From Phoronis australis (lineage: Eukaryota; Animalia; Phoronida), in contig NMRA01000350.1 in NCBI GenBank assembly GCA_002633005.1, positions 418,839-482,838 on the forward strand: a stretch of 64,000 nucleotides of DNA, written 5' to 3'. Below are positions 13,201 through 24,927 of the stretch, piece by piece. Every line of letters starts with the position of its first letter. Position 1 is the first letter of the stretch. Both the position numbers and the translations under genes were made by a program. The notes below the pieces were generated by a model. It saw nothing but the letters and a program-made list of their open reading frames with translations, was not told where the DNA came from and did not search any database.

Positions 13201-16200
13201 TTAAATATAACTGGTCACGTCATTCAACTAATGGCAGATTAGTAGAAAGTCAAAAAGTTAAAAAGGTAGAATAGGACGAGTATCAGCGATTAACAGATTT
13301 TTTCATCGCTTTAAACTACATAGAAGTGGAAAGTGTGTCTATAAGGGTTATTATGACGCTCCATCCAAAGCACATGGTCAAGTCAATGGAACGACGAGAC
13401 CGAGACTTCAGCGCTTTTTTCTTGTGCGCAATTTCGTAAGCTTCAACTGACACGTCTCTAAAAGACATTTTTTCAACTGGTGCCCAATATATTTTTCAAC
13501 AAGACGTTGACAAATGTCATCAAAACTGGTCTAGCTTCGTTGAAGTTATGGCAGAAACTAAGAGAAAAACGTGGCGCAATATAACATTAAACCGATTGAG
13601 AAGGGGTTGTCTCTCGACATTTTTTTGGACGGATGTTTTGTGAAAAGACAGTCTGTTGATAGTTACACTGTCTCTTCATGGTAGACTGGGGTAACATTTC
13701 CCTTCACGTTTCATGCGGTCAGATGTAAGATAGTGTCGAATTAAAGTTGTGAGAGACCCTTGAAAATGTTGATTAACATCGGAAAATCACAACCTTATTT
13801 GAATGATCCGATTAGCATGAAAATTTTACATGATATGCTTGTTACACTGTTCTCCTGATTATTGTAAGGAACTTTTGTTTCAACTTTAATGGGCTATCAA
13901 AGATTAGTTTTATGATTTTATGGAATAACTCAAAGTGTGTGACGAAAACAAAAGGATGGTTTAGAAAACTGAAATTACAGAGTTTCAGAGATTTCATCCT
14001 TTACATGTATGTCGAACGAAATTGTTATATTGATCACGTTTTCCTATGAATGTACCATTCTTTTTTGCTAAATTTAACAAATGGACATGGTTACGCAATC
14101 CAATAAATGACAGTCTTGGTATGAAGTCAAAAGTCAAATCTTTCAGGCTTTTTAAGTTAAAAAGTACACTTATGTTTTGTTAAAAATTTTTAGTTTTATA
14201 CATGTTTGATTCAAGACAGGCAGCACTGTCGATAAAGTCTTTCTAATCTTGACTAATTACATTACAACATACATTTATAATGCTGGAGACACACAAGCGA
14301 TAAACATACATTCAAAATGGAATAAACAATATGTTGGAACTTGTTTTTAGGTCGACCTCAGTGAGACAAAGGACATCTACGCCGTGGGTTACGCAGGGAG
14401 AGGTGACTTCCCGGCTTACATTAAGACATTCACAATAAGTTACAGCAACGATGGCAGTAACTGGACATTCACAGGTAATACTTAAAGATACTGAAACAAA
14501 GCTTCGTACGACCGACGGATTCGCAAGAAATCGCCAGGTCTTACGAATTCCGACATTCCGATAAAGCGGTCTTAGAGTTTTCTCAGTAAACTCGTACAGC
14601 CGCCGTTTAAAGAGGCATCGATATGATGGGCCATTGCGGGGAAAGTGTCGCCGGAAAAATACGAGCGTAATTGTGTACATTACGCCGTTATTTACGCCGT
14701 TAATTACGCCGTAAAATTACGAGCGTAATTTAATTCTTTATGGCGTAAAATTACGCTCGTAATTTAGTTTAAACTATTAACCAATGACGTTGGGTTTTAC
14801 AATCCAAGATCGCGAGCGCTCATGAAAATACTTATATACTGACTGGTTTCATGTCTACGATACGAGCGCTGAATCATGGCGGATCAAATCGCTGCTGCCA
14901 TGTCAGCGATTGTGCAAGAACGAGCTGCCCAGCAACAGTCGTGTATGTTAGGTCATCACTGATTGGTTTAAATTTGGAACTTTCGTAAGGTATTTTACGA
15001 GCGTAATATACGGCGACATTTACCCCATTTGATTTACGGGCGTAATTTTACCGCAACACTTTTGCAATTTAACTTACGCTAGTAATTACGAGCGTAATTT
15101 TACGGCGAAACTTTTCCCCATTTAATTTAAGAGCGTAATTGTACGGCGACACTCCTGCAATTTAATTTACGCTCGTAATTACGAGCGTAATTTTACGGCG
15201 ACACTTTCCCCTCAACGGCCCACCATACATCGAAGGCAAAACTCGTTGACATACCGTTTAAACAGATCGTGGCGAATGTACTACTTGGAGATGATGATGT
15301 GAGTTATTCACTTTGAATATAATTTTTACAATAAATTGTCAGATTCACTATTTTGGAACGTAATAGACGAAATAAAAACTCATTCATCCTAATACAGATA
15401 TCAATACACAGACGGGGGTCTTACAGACCCTCCTAGGGGTAAGCACACGTTAGGCCTGCACTCAGTCTATGGGACTAACGCGCTTGTATGGTTGACGCGG
15501 AATTCTGACAAATTCTAATAGTTCATACAATGTTTGTTTGTTCATTTGAGTAGCATCGAGATTTTAAGAAAACTGTGTATTTTCTTTTTTCGGAAAAAAA
15601 TAATTGAATAAGTAGCAACTCTGACTAACGTGTGGTACAGGCCCACTTTTATGTTTACTTAATATGTACATGTTTATATTAACACACAGGTAAAACCTAT
15701 AAAGGACTCGAAGTAGAATCAAAAGACGGTGACTTGCGAAAACTTGCAAGGATTAGCTTACAACGGGAAATCGTTTTTCACGTGTTTAAGCCAATGCTTA
15801 GCGCTCGCTTCGTTAGACTTCACCCACTGGAAAGGTCGTTGGACAGTACTCAAAGAGCGGTCAGATGGGAGCTCTATGCACCCAAATGCAAAGGTTTGTG
15901 AAGCAATTTTCCAATAATGTTGAGTCACAAATCGTCGCGTTGTGCAACTATTTCCAAACGGTATTCGGAATTCACATTTTGCAGACGCATTGACAAACTG
16001 TTGCATGCATCTAGGTGAATTTTTCGAGTGAGATCACGACGAAAAATTATGTTATGTAGGGTCATCAGTTATGCCATTGATCTTATATCATAATTTTGTG
16101 CACGCTCATTTGGTTCAATACCCGTCATTTCTTCATACAGCATTTTGGTATTCATATAAAAATACAAGGTTGCGCAAACTATATTTTGAAATAATAATGA

Positions 16201-19200
16201 ACTGTTTAGATATCCCGTCAAACTGTTAGGCACTTTGTATACCCAATTGCGCCTTGGGAATCGTCACTATCTCATGTCACGTAAATTTCATTGAAAACAC
16301 GCTTTAAATATTGAAATATTCTTCAAAAGAATCAATAACTCATTGTTCGATAAACTGTTACGTTTGAACTGAAACCACACTTGAACTTTGAGCATTAGCG
16401 TAACTCTGCTAATTTTGAGATACAGAAACGAGGAGCTTTTGTGTTAGGTCAAATGGAACGTGTTGTTCGATACAAAACAATTTTTGTACTGGTAATCCCC
16501 ACAAACACGACCATTTGCTTCTGATAAGTTGATCTTGAGATTGTTTGAGCGTACTCGATCGAAATTCCAGGTTTACATTGGTATTCAAAATTCACATCCC
16601 GACGCTTCAACCATCCAAAGTCGCGTAATGTTTTGACAGTTTCGGAACATTACCTAAAGTGCACGTGACTGTAATGAGTAGAGTTATTTCGAAGCATGAC
16701 GTTTCGTATTAGACGGTGCGTTTGACAACAACGATAGATCTTGCCTGGGGGTGATGACAGAGTATCAATGCTCCGAAAACTTAAGAAGGCAGAAATGTCC
16801 AATCCTTTATTTGGAATTCGAGTTAAAAACGGTTGTGAGAGTTCAAAAGTTGTTCAAAAACTGCTTCGAATATCAGTAACCAATGGAAAGTGACCAAGAG
16901 TATTATTGATCATAACAAAACAAATCAATGTCGTTACTTTGTCGTTCAAATACGGCGTGCAGTGAAGTCAGTGGCAGTGATTATAGTAGAAATCAAAAAT
17001 TCTTGAAAAGAATCGCACAGTTAACATCCCCATCTTTCGAGATTTATCATCTCAACAGGTTAGCGTACTGTGAAATCCGCCGTAAAACTTCACCATGCAG
17101 TTGTAGTCAGTTACATCTCCTGTAAACGCCGTTTCTAGATAATCAGACTAGTCATGAACACACTCAGGGCGACAACAAAACTTTTTAAAGTTCTGAAAGT
17201 AATAGCAAATTTGAATAATTCGTGAAAAGTATTCATTGTTAGGTTTGGAATTTTAAAAATTGTACAAGAATTGTGACTTTTATACCCAAAAATTTTGGAA
17301 AAACGTTGCCAGTATCATTCTTCTCAGTATTTCTGAAGTTTATGTAGCATATTTTGGCCAATTACCATCCCCAGCAGGCAGCAGTTGGAAATTGATGCAA
17401 GCCTAGTGTTTTCGTATTAATATTCGATGCATACGTTCGCGTAATGTCAAACCCGAAAGAAAAAATACCTAATTTTTTTTAGTTAAAATTGAATTTAAAA
17501 CAAGGAAGTCGGATTTGGCTTGGAATTCGTTGCAAAAGCTCCCGACCTTTTATTACGTGTAATACTTTAAGCAATAGTGTCATAGGAAATTTAGGACCGT
17601 TGTAACGAATGAGCTTGCTTGAGTATTTCTGTCGATTAAGTTTTTAAAAAGTACGGCTTCTCAGCTTAGCGAAGACTGGTGTGTACATCCACGTGGAGTC
17701 AGGCATAACACCGGTGAAATTGTTTGTTTGAACAGAACGTGGGAACACCGGTCTTATTGCTCAACGAAATGGAAATGGCCTATGGGGAGCTAACCGACAC
17801 AAGATGAACGCAAGGTTCTCATTATTGCATAGCAGTCTTGGATGGGCGGCTCCATACAATAAAATGCCTAACAACCACGCTATGGGCGTAAGTACATGTA
17901 TTACTCATTCGCATTGAATGCGTAATGTACCAATATGGAGTTTGAAGGCTCAGTCAAGCGTGATGAGATACGGCCGGTACCCAACACTCAGTAAAAGCTG
18001 CATAGTCTAAGCCCTCAAACTGGTGCGCCTTTGCTAATCGTCACCACTTTCGCCCACCCAGAGCTCGTCATCAATTTTCACGAATCTGCCCCTTGTTGCA
18101 TGGGCACACCCAGGGGTGGGGGGCTCGTGGGATTCGAACGAGCCCTCTGATTTGGCAAATTGGGCAAAGGCAAAAAGGTCAGTCTCCATGAAACAAAAAG
18201 TCGGATTAAACGAGACAAAAGGTCCACAAAGTCCACGGGAACTCGGCGCAGATACACAATTCGTAAGCCTGAACCTAGTGGTCTCCTTTTTTAGTCCTCG
18301 TTAAGTTTTTTTTTCAGTAAAAGATCTGCATATCAAAAACTCGAGCCCCCTTATAGAGTAGGATGGGTGCGCGCATGCGTTGTGGCCGTTGCGCCGCTGC
18401 TGCTGCCACGTGTACAGTAGTCATATTCTTCAATTGAATGTAAACTCGCATGCCATAAAAGGAATATTTTTAGTTACACCCAGCCGCTTTTTGAGATGGC
18501 TAGACACGTTAATTTTGTTGTCTGGAACTTGAAATGTGAGCATTTTGAAACACCAGTCAAATGTGTTATTTTCGGAAGGCGATTCGTAAAAAAATGCTAA
18601 TGATGCGAAAGGTTTGCGAACAGAAAGAAGTTTTGATCCTACAAGTTTTGAAGACAACTGTGATGAAATAGGTCACAGTGACGACATACACAAGAAACAG
18701 ACAGCTCAGAATAACGGACGGAGGAGAATATTCCCTGGTAAATAAATTTAATTGAAATTGAATTTCGTTCACGCAATAATTTTCACAGTAAGTGAGGAAG
18801 AATATATGTGATTTATTGTGATGTATCCTAACCGATTGTGTCTTGTCCTAAACCTGTTGCCAATTGTGGCGTATCGTAGCCGATTGGAGCGTATCACAGA
18901 CGATTTGTGAACAGCATGCTCACCCACGAAAATGGCTAAACGGTCAACAATATAATTATATGTCCTCCTGAATGTGTATCCGTCTCGTCGCTTTCATTTG
19001 CAACGTAGAACCTTTTTGTGCCTTAATTCGATCACCCTCACTTCACACGGATGTTCTATAGTTTGATATAGGTAAGGTTAGACTGGTCAACGCTGTCGCA
19101 CTTCAAGGAAAGAGAGAAGCTCTCGAATGGACGACAGCATTTCGCTTAACTTATCACAACGAAACCACGAAAAAATGGGTTGAATACACAGATAGCTCGG

Positions 19201-19421
19201 GGAAACGACAGGTGTTCAACGGCAACTTCGACCAGAACACCGTGATCTTGCATCCGTTGGAGCGTCCGATTATGACACGCTATGTGGCGATCATCCCGAT
19301 GTCATGGAACAACTGGCCGGCCTTGCGCTGGGAAGTATACGGACCTTCTGAAACCAACTTCCCTGGTGAGATCATGTACCCTGTAGCAGACAAAGAACTT
19401 ACCTTGCATTATTTCTTGTGA
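6595..19421 (+). CDS. Six-exon gene for a 454-aa secreted protein: signal peptide + coiled coil + 2x F5/8 type C (discoidin/FA58C) domains
   Basis: Exons 6595-6922, 12491-12687, 14351-14474, 15690-15893, 17736-17887 and 19062-19421. All introns are GT-AG, phases 1,0,1,1,0 are compatible, total 1365 nt with no internal stop. FA58C motifs: LSASS, AWIP, PWIQVDL, YSNDGSNW, ARFVRLHP, RWELY; second domain GWAA, LQG, FNGNFDQNT, TRYVAIIP, ALRWEVYG. Confidence 0.85.
7174..7217. repeat. (TA)22 microsatellite, left flank of the foldback element
   Basis: Read directly from the sequence. Confidence 0.95.
7218..12118. mobile_element. 4.9-kb non-autonomous foldback-type DNA element with ~1.4-kb terminal inverted repeats, inside a (TA)n tract
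   Basis: The left end CTAAGAGAACTATACAGATCCGGGGCATTTTTATATATGA is the exact reverse complement of the right end at 12118. The arms stay alignable to about 8632 and 10692. No transposase ORF was seen. Confidence 0.88.
8640..8946. mobile_element. ~307-bp palindromic MITE nested in the foldback element
   Basis: AGGTGC..ATAGATCACTGCATTTATAATTTGTTTCAGATGAAGAAGTGA..CACAAGGTGTTCAGTTCTGC..TCTGATAGATCGTCTGAAAGGTAT is mirrored at 8817-8946. Confidence 0.8.
12119..12144. repeat. (TA)13 microsatellite, right flank of the foldback element
   Basis: Read directly from the sequence. Confidence 0.95.
12491..12687 (+). CDS. Discoidin gene exon 2 (start of FA58C domain 1)
   Basis: Acceptor catgtAG; DTSVVTKASCDREPYIAPLSGTYLSASS...AWIPHYQDKDPWIQ; donor CAG|GTACC. 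Confidence 0.85.
14351..14474 (+). CDS. Discoidin gene exon 3
   Basis: Acceptor ttgtttttAG; VDLSETKDIYAVGYAGRGDFPAYIKTFTISYSNDGSNWTFT; donor CAG|GTAATA. Confidence 0.9.
14622..15227. mobile_element. 606-bp non-autonomous DNA transposon with TAT..ATA ends and 6-bp TSD (IS3EU-like), in intron 3 of the discoidin gene
   Basis: TIR TATG(A/G)TGGGCC(A/G)TTG(C/A)GGGGAAAGTGTCGCCG at both ends; TSD CATCGA at 14616-14621 and 15228-15233; many subterminal TTACGAGCGTAA / TTACGCTCGTAA repeats. Confidence 0.82.
15690..15893 (+). CDS. Discoidin gene exon 4 (end of FA58C domain 1)
   Basis: Acceptor cacacAG; GKTYKG...IVFHVFKPMLSARFVRLHPLERSLDSTQRAVRWELYAPKCK; donor AAG|GTTTGT. Confidence 0.88.
17736..17887 (+). 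CDS. Discoidin gene exon 5 (start of FA58C domain 2)
   Basis: Acceptor tgtttgtttgaacAG; ERGNTGLIAQ...NARFSLLHSSLGWAAPYNKMPNNHAMG; donor GTAAGT; phases fit both neighbours. Confidence 0.8.
19062..19421 (+). CDS. Discoidin gene exon 6 (rest of FA58C domain 2 and stop)
   Basis: Acceptor ttctatAG; FDIGKVRLVNAVALQGKREALEWTTAFRLTY...VFNGNFDQNTV...RPIMTRYVAIIPMSWNNWPALRWEVYGP; TGA at 19419-19421. A possible alternative donor (CTG|GTGAGA, about 19365) is not excluded. Confidence 0.88.
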   Translation, partial: FDIGKVRLVNAVALQGKREALEWTTAFRLTYHNETTKKWVEYTDSSGKRQVFNGNFDQNTVILHPLERPIMTRYVAIIPMSWNNWPALRWEVYGPSETNFPGEIMYPVADKELTLHYFL

Positions 19422-20131
19422 TTATGTATTTGGGCCTGAAGTTTACGCAATGAACTGAACCAACGAATAAGTACGGTGGCAATTCCAGTGTCGTCGACGT
19501 TTTTGATGTTTTGATTGATTCATGGACACTTCATGTGTTCCATGACCAGAAATGTGGCGTGGCAAGGTGGATTTTACTCGCTTTTGTCTAACACGATGTC
19601 GATTTTGCCTGTATTCATAATTTAGGTTACGTTTTCATATGCTGAATTCGGCTTTTATAACATTTTTTACGTACGTCAACCTAAATCTACTGTAAACTTA
19701 TCAATACATCTGAGGAACTTCTGTGTTTACTAGATGTGTGTTACAAAAGCTAGACCTGCACAATATTACTCACCCCATGTTTGTGCTTTAGTAACAGCTA
19801 GTGAGCTGAACAAAATCTAAATTTGGTGTCGCCAGTATTCCTTTCCTGTTGCTTGCAATTTCCGATCATGTTTACGCTTACGTGTGTTTCAGATCCGAAA
19901 TGCCTTTGGTGATCCCGAACAGACCTGCCGAGAAAAGCGGTGCTTTCAACAAATCTGCGAATTAGAAATGGCATGTTCACGTTAAAAAAATAAAAAAACT
20001 ACTTAATTATGCATGACGGGTTTTTTGTGCTCGATATTTCCTCAAATCAGCAACATTGGCAGAGTCCTGTTACATGTTGTATAATGCCCGTTCTAATCTA
20101 TCTTTCAGTTCTGTAACAATAGGAACGTCCC

Positions 20132-20257
20132 GCCTCCCGTTCAGTAAGGCTAGGACCTCGCTAAAACGCAAGCCTTCGCGAGATTACGTGAGATATTGCC
20201 GTGTATTTTAAATCAGAACACGTGACCCTGACTAGACATTAGCTAGGTCCTAGCGTA
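20132..20257. repeat. Short interspersed repeat with CTAGGACCT...AGGTCCTAG inverted ends, copy 1
   Basis: Closely similar to 54861-54987 (shared core CTTCGCGAGATTACGTGAGATATTGCCGTG). Confidence 0.8.
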
Positions 20258-23200
20258 GGTGCTAGCGTCTACTGAGCGCACGCCCGGATTACACATCGAC
20301 ACTCGAATCTTGTTGTATGTACCCACAATTCCGCAAACATCCGTCAGGCACATTTGTTGTCTCGTTTCCGTGTCTTTGGAATTCCACTTGATATTTGTTG
20401 TTGTCTGATTATTTGTAAGTTTTTCTCGTCGGCATTAGTCTATTCGTCTTTCCAATGCTAACAAAGTTTTGGTGATGTTCTGTTGTCTGCAACTCCGCCT
20501 TGAAAAAGTTTGATAACTGGACAAATACCCGTGGAGGCGTGATGTGAAGTTCTTCGCCTTCCCAACATCGATGAAAAAACAGTTAAATGGGCAGCAAATT
20601 GGTAAAATAAATTCGTCAAGTCATTTTTGAACGGAAAAGGCAAAATTCCCTTAAGTTCCTGTACATTTAAACTGCTGAAATCGAAATTATTTACATGGAC
20701 CTTCGCTGGTTTCCGACAAGATGATCTTCGAAATTGTACNACTGACGGCGTTTTCTCGGCCTGGGTTCCTGAATGAATTGTACTTCCGGGTTCGCGGCAA
20801 GTTCAAAATGGCGGTGTTTCTTCGGGTGCGAATCGTGAGTGGCGCGTTCATTTAAATTGTTTTCGAGTACGGATCGTGTATTAGTTATGGGCTAGGTACT
20901 TCTTGGATCCTTATAACATCTTCTAACCATGTAATAAGGGTTAACAACGCGTGAGACAAGGACTTTAATTGCACAACTGGGGCAGGCAGAAAGGGAACAT
21001 TTTTCAATGTGCTTACGCAATAGCGTATGTACAATGATCCGCTGTCATTTCACATGGTTTGGACGTTGTCTATAATTATTAAATGCGAGGATGCTCAGAC
21101 AGTCTTTGTATAAAAGAATCATGCTGATCCAGTTTGCGATCTGATTTCGTGCAAATGCGACATATGTGAGTGATTCACAATTTGGCTTTTATCGCCCATG
21201 TTGATGACATTAAGATTTTTTTTCATGAAACGTGCACGTCATTTATAAGCCGCCCTTGCACCTTCAAAACCATTAATTTAATTACTTATTGTGTCTGAAT
21301 TTAAAAACAATTACCTAATACAACTTTCCATTGCAAGGCACTTCAGCACCAAAACATTCGGCTCCGGCCAAACACATTAAATAACGCAAGAGTAGGTTAA
21401 CAAGGAAAACACCAGAATTGAGCGTCGTATTAGGAATTCAGTTTGTTTTAGAAGAAATATATCAATAATATGTTTCCGATTTTTGCGAAAACTATAAGCC
21501 GAAAGATAACAAAGGCTGTCACGTATGACGTGCAGTGTATGTACCGGTTAGACTTGCATGTATAAAGATGGTCTGGTACATGAGAAAACGTTTACGTCAC
21601 GTGCCGAATACATGTACTTCAGAAATTGGTGAGGTTCCCTTATGTGTCCGAAACTTTGGTGATCAAAAGAGGGTGGTTTTTATTCATGATAATTTGTTAG
21701 GATGACAATGAGTACATATTTAGATATTATAAAGCTCTGATAATATACAGTATATATAAAGAACCGCAGCACTAGCGGCCTTTCTAGATGTTTTAAATTA
21801 GTTAATCAAGCTAAAACCTTTGGTTGGAATTTTCAGTTACCATATTTTGTTAGTTGCTGAGTAGTTTCTTCACGCACGTGTTATGTCCACGAGTATTGTA
21901 TAGTATATTTATGGCCTTTTCAGGGTTATAATGAGTTCAAAAGAGGTATTTTATCAGGTAATACTTACGCCCATTTGAAGGTTCTGCACTAACACTATAT
22001 TCATAAGCGGATTTAGGGGACGGGAAGGGAGTTCGTACCTCTCTCCCATCAGACAAGTCAAATCCATGAATTACATTGTAGTATTTTCTGTCATTATATC
22101 TGGAAACCTATCATGTCCCGTGAATGAGAATGTCTTTGTAAAATCACCACTTTTTGCGTTACCATCAAGCCGTGGTCGAAACATTTTATTGATAGCCTTT
22201 GATGAGTGGTATGGCTCGAACTGGCTTTCTCTAACGCAACCTTCGCAACGTCCACCAGCTTTCAAAAATACGCTGAGATCTACGTTTTGGCCACCGCAAA
22301 AAATTCGGCCTGTGACAATGTAGGACACATTTCCAGAAATTCCCGGTCTATCATGTATAAGTTCTGGTAGACTTTGGTTAAAAAAGCAATGTCATGTTCT
22401 ACAACGCTTTAGCGAACTGCTGACTTGAGCGTGTGCACAGTAACCGTTTGGTAAGACAACTATCGAAATGAATCGTGGATCCCTAATTCCGGAATTCAAC
22501 TCTCACAGTCCATAGAGGTAGGAAACGCATTGCACATGATTCAGCAATAACTCTAACGTTTTTCATATGGCTGCTAACAGCTTTCTGAGCTGACTGGAAC
22601 AAGTTAAACCTACTCAGCTTTCCGAACAAAAATTTCATGCAACGTCACTCTGGTTTTATAACGGCTAATGGTGATCCATGATTTTGATGTAAAAGAGTAA
22701 TTATCAAGACAGCACGGGGGGGGGGGCAAATGTCTTACCGATATGCAGCATTGTGGGTAATACTACAAAGCCATTGAAGACGCTTTGGTATTTCGGGAAA
22801 AAACTATTATTCGAACATGATTCACCCCTTATGTGAAAAATATAGCGCGAGGATTCTTAACTGCTGGAGACAAATCTGGGTAGAATTTCAATCTGTCACG
22901 TTTTGAGAAAAATTGGCTTCCACTTTTAGTGAATTACACGACAACTTGGGAAAAGACCACCGACCAACGACCATCGTGTGCAATCTGTGACATACACTGT
23001 ACGTATTATGAGTTACTTTAAAATTTCTTTCTGCCTTTAACTTGGAAGATTGACGCCAATGATGTATTAGCAGATGTCACAACGACGATAGGCTGAAGTA
23101 ATAAAAACGGTTTGTAACCTTTTAAGCGACGAGGCAAATAGCAACTCCGCAAAAGTACTACGATGTTATGAAAGGTCCAATGTTTACAGTTTCGATATTG

Positions 23201-23808
23201 CTTTATCGATCACGTCAGGCAGAACACACGAAGACTTGTAAAACACAATGTTTGGCGAATCTTTTCATCGTTACTAAATTCCAGTGAATAAAAACAGCCT
23301 AGAAATTAAACACAACACCCCTGGAAAGCTGGATGCAGATCATGGTGTCTGCTCGCAACATGTACATGTACATTGTGTATTGGTCTGTGAATAATTGATA
23401 AACAGTACCCAGCTACGAACTTCAGTTTCTGTGCTTACACTATGGGAAATTTTGATTACTTACAATAAACAGAAAGAGAGGTAATATGGGCTTTCGTTGA
23501 AACAAAACGCCACCCAACAGTGTTGGCCATTTTGTTAATCTGCACTGAAGCTGAGGGACACATATATGTAATGTGGTGTGCAACAATGCCCATCTGATCA
23601 GGTGTGATCGTTCTTTGTTAAATATCGGCAGTGCAAATTGTTTTCCTCATATTAATGATGAATCAATTTCGAATTAGGAATCGCTAATGAAGCAGCCACA
23701 AGCTGTCTAATTGTGTTTAATCAAGTTTTAATGCCTTAAATTACGCAAACTATTTTCAAATTCTTGTGTGCTCTCTTCTACGCTAGTCTCTAAGCCGTAC
23801 TGTGTAAA

Positions 23809-24927
23809 ATGACAAGAGGCAATGATGTGTTTATGATGTACACCTTTCGTATGCCGACGTGGGGGCGAGTGTTGTATTACTTAGGATATGGCATAGTTAT
23901 TGTCATGGGACTGTTCGGAAACTCTTTTGTCATAGCAGGCGTGATTAAGAATGTAAAGCTGAGAACTTCCACCAACATACTTGTTTGTAACCTTTGCATT
24001 GTCAACATTATCATGTGTATTCCAACGTTTGTGTTAGTACACACGTTTGTCACGATGGAGGTACCATATTTCAAAGTTGTATCCCTCCTTGGACTACAGG
24101 TTGTGATCTATGCCACCGGCAGCGTTTCCATATGGACGTCCGCCGCCATCTCTGTTCTCCGTTGTCGAGGTTTCGTGAGTATGTGGAAACTCAATATATC
24201 AAAATGGATTATAGTGGTCGTTTTGGCAGTTATTTGGATGTTTTCTATTTTGATGGCGTTAGTGCCATTTTTTCTGGGAGTACCTGTACACGCTGTGCGT
24301 AATTATGAGAAAAACGTAACTAATTCCTCATCGAACAGGAGAGGACCTTCAGGTGAAAATCGTTCTGGTTATGGTATATATCTCGGCATTGCTCTCGCGA
24401 CGCAGGTAGTTCTCCCTGCCATCATCATGTGCTTGAATTATTCCAAAGTGAGTTGGACATTAAGAAATCATCTGAAAAACGTTAAAGGGTTCAAAACACG
24501 GGATATGGAAATGAAGGACTTTAAACAATACCGGAGGATGAATCTCGTGCTGATCTTGACCGTGGTGTCGTTCATCTTATGTTATCTTCCAGTGATACTG
24601 TTCTGGTTTGTCAGAGAATTCTCGTCAATAATTCTAACACCGGAAACGCATGCGAAACTACACTTTGGGTTGTCACAGTTGTTCATTATTTCAGTTGCAT
24701 GCAATCCAATATTATACGGTTTTATGAACACGACTCTACGTCAGGAAATAAAGGCTATGAAGAAACAGGTCGTCAATCTCGTGTGCCAGAAGAAATTGCC
24801 AGCTCCTCCGGAAGTGACTCAAATCCTACCTGTCATACACGACAATTTGTTCAGACTGGAAGAGCATAGGAATGCATACTCTGCTAAACCGACTGTTGAA
24901 GTAGAAATCGAAAGTTCACGTCTTTGA
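23809..24927 (+). CDS. Rhodopsin-class (class A) 7TM GPCR, paralog 1, intronless CDS, orphan
   Basis: 372 aa with 7 hydrophobic segments; TM1 GLFGN, LRTSTNILVCNL, TM4 W, TM5 LP..I..NY, TM6 FILCYLP, TM7 CNPILYGFMN. Confidence 0.93.
   Translation: MTRGNDVFMMYTFRMPTWGRVLYYLGYGIVIVMGLFGNSFVIAGVIKNVKLRTSTNILVCNLCIVNIIMCIPTFVLVHTFVTMEVPYFKVVSLLGLQVVIYATGSVSIWTSAAISVLRCRGFVSMWKLNISKWIIVVVLAVIWMFSILMALVPFFLGVPVHAVRNYEKNVTNSSSNRRGPSGENRSGYGIYLGIALATQVVLPAIIMCLNYSKVSWTLRNHLKNVKGFKTRDMEMKDFKQYRRMNLVLILTVVSFILCYLPVILFWFVREFSSIILTPETHAKLHFGLSQLFIISVACNPILYGFMNTTLRQEIKAMKKQVVNLVCQKKLPAPPEVTQILPVIHDNLFRLEEHRNAYSAKPTVEVEIESSRL

Noticed and set aside
14660-15200. TTACGAGCGTAA repeats as a CRISPR array
   Set aside because: Spacing is irregular, orientations are mixed, there are no unique spacers or cas genes, and the array is enclosed by a TIR and TSD in a eukaryotic intron.
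22066-22328. Overlapping 85-aa ORFs on both strands
   Set aside because: No recognisable motifs or convincing splice sites.
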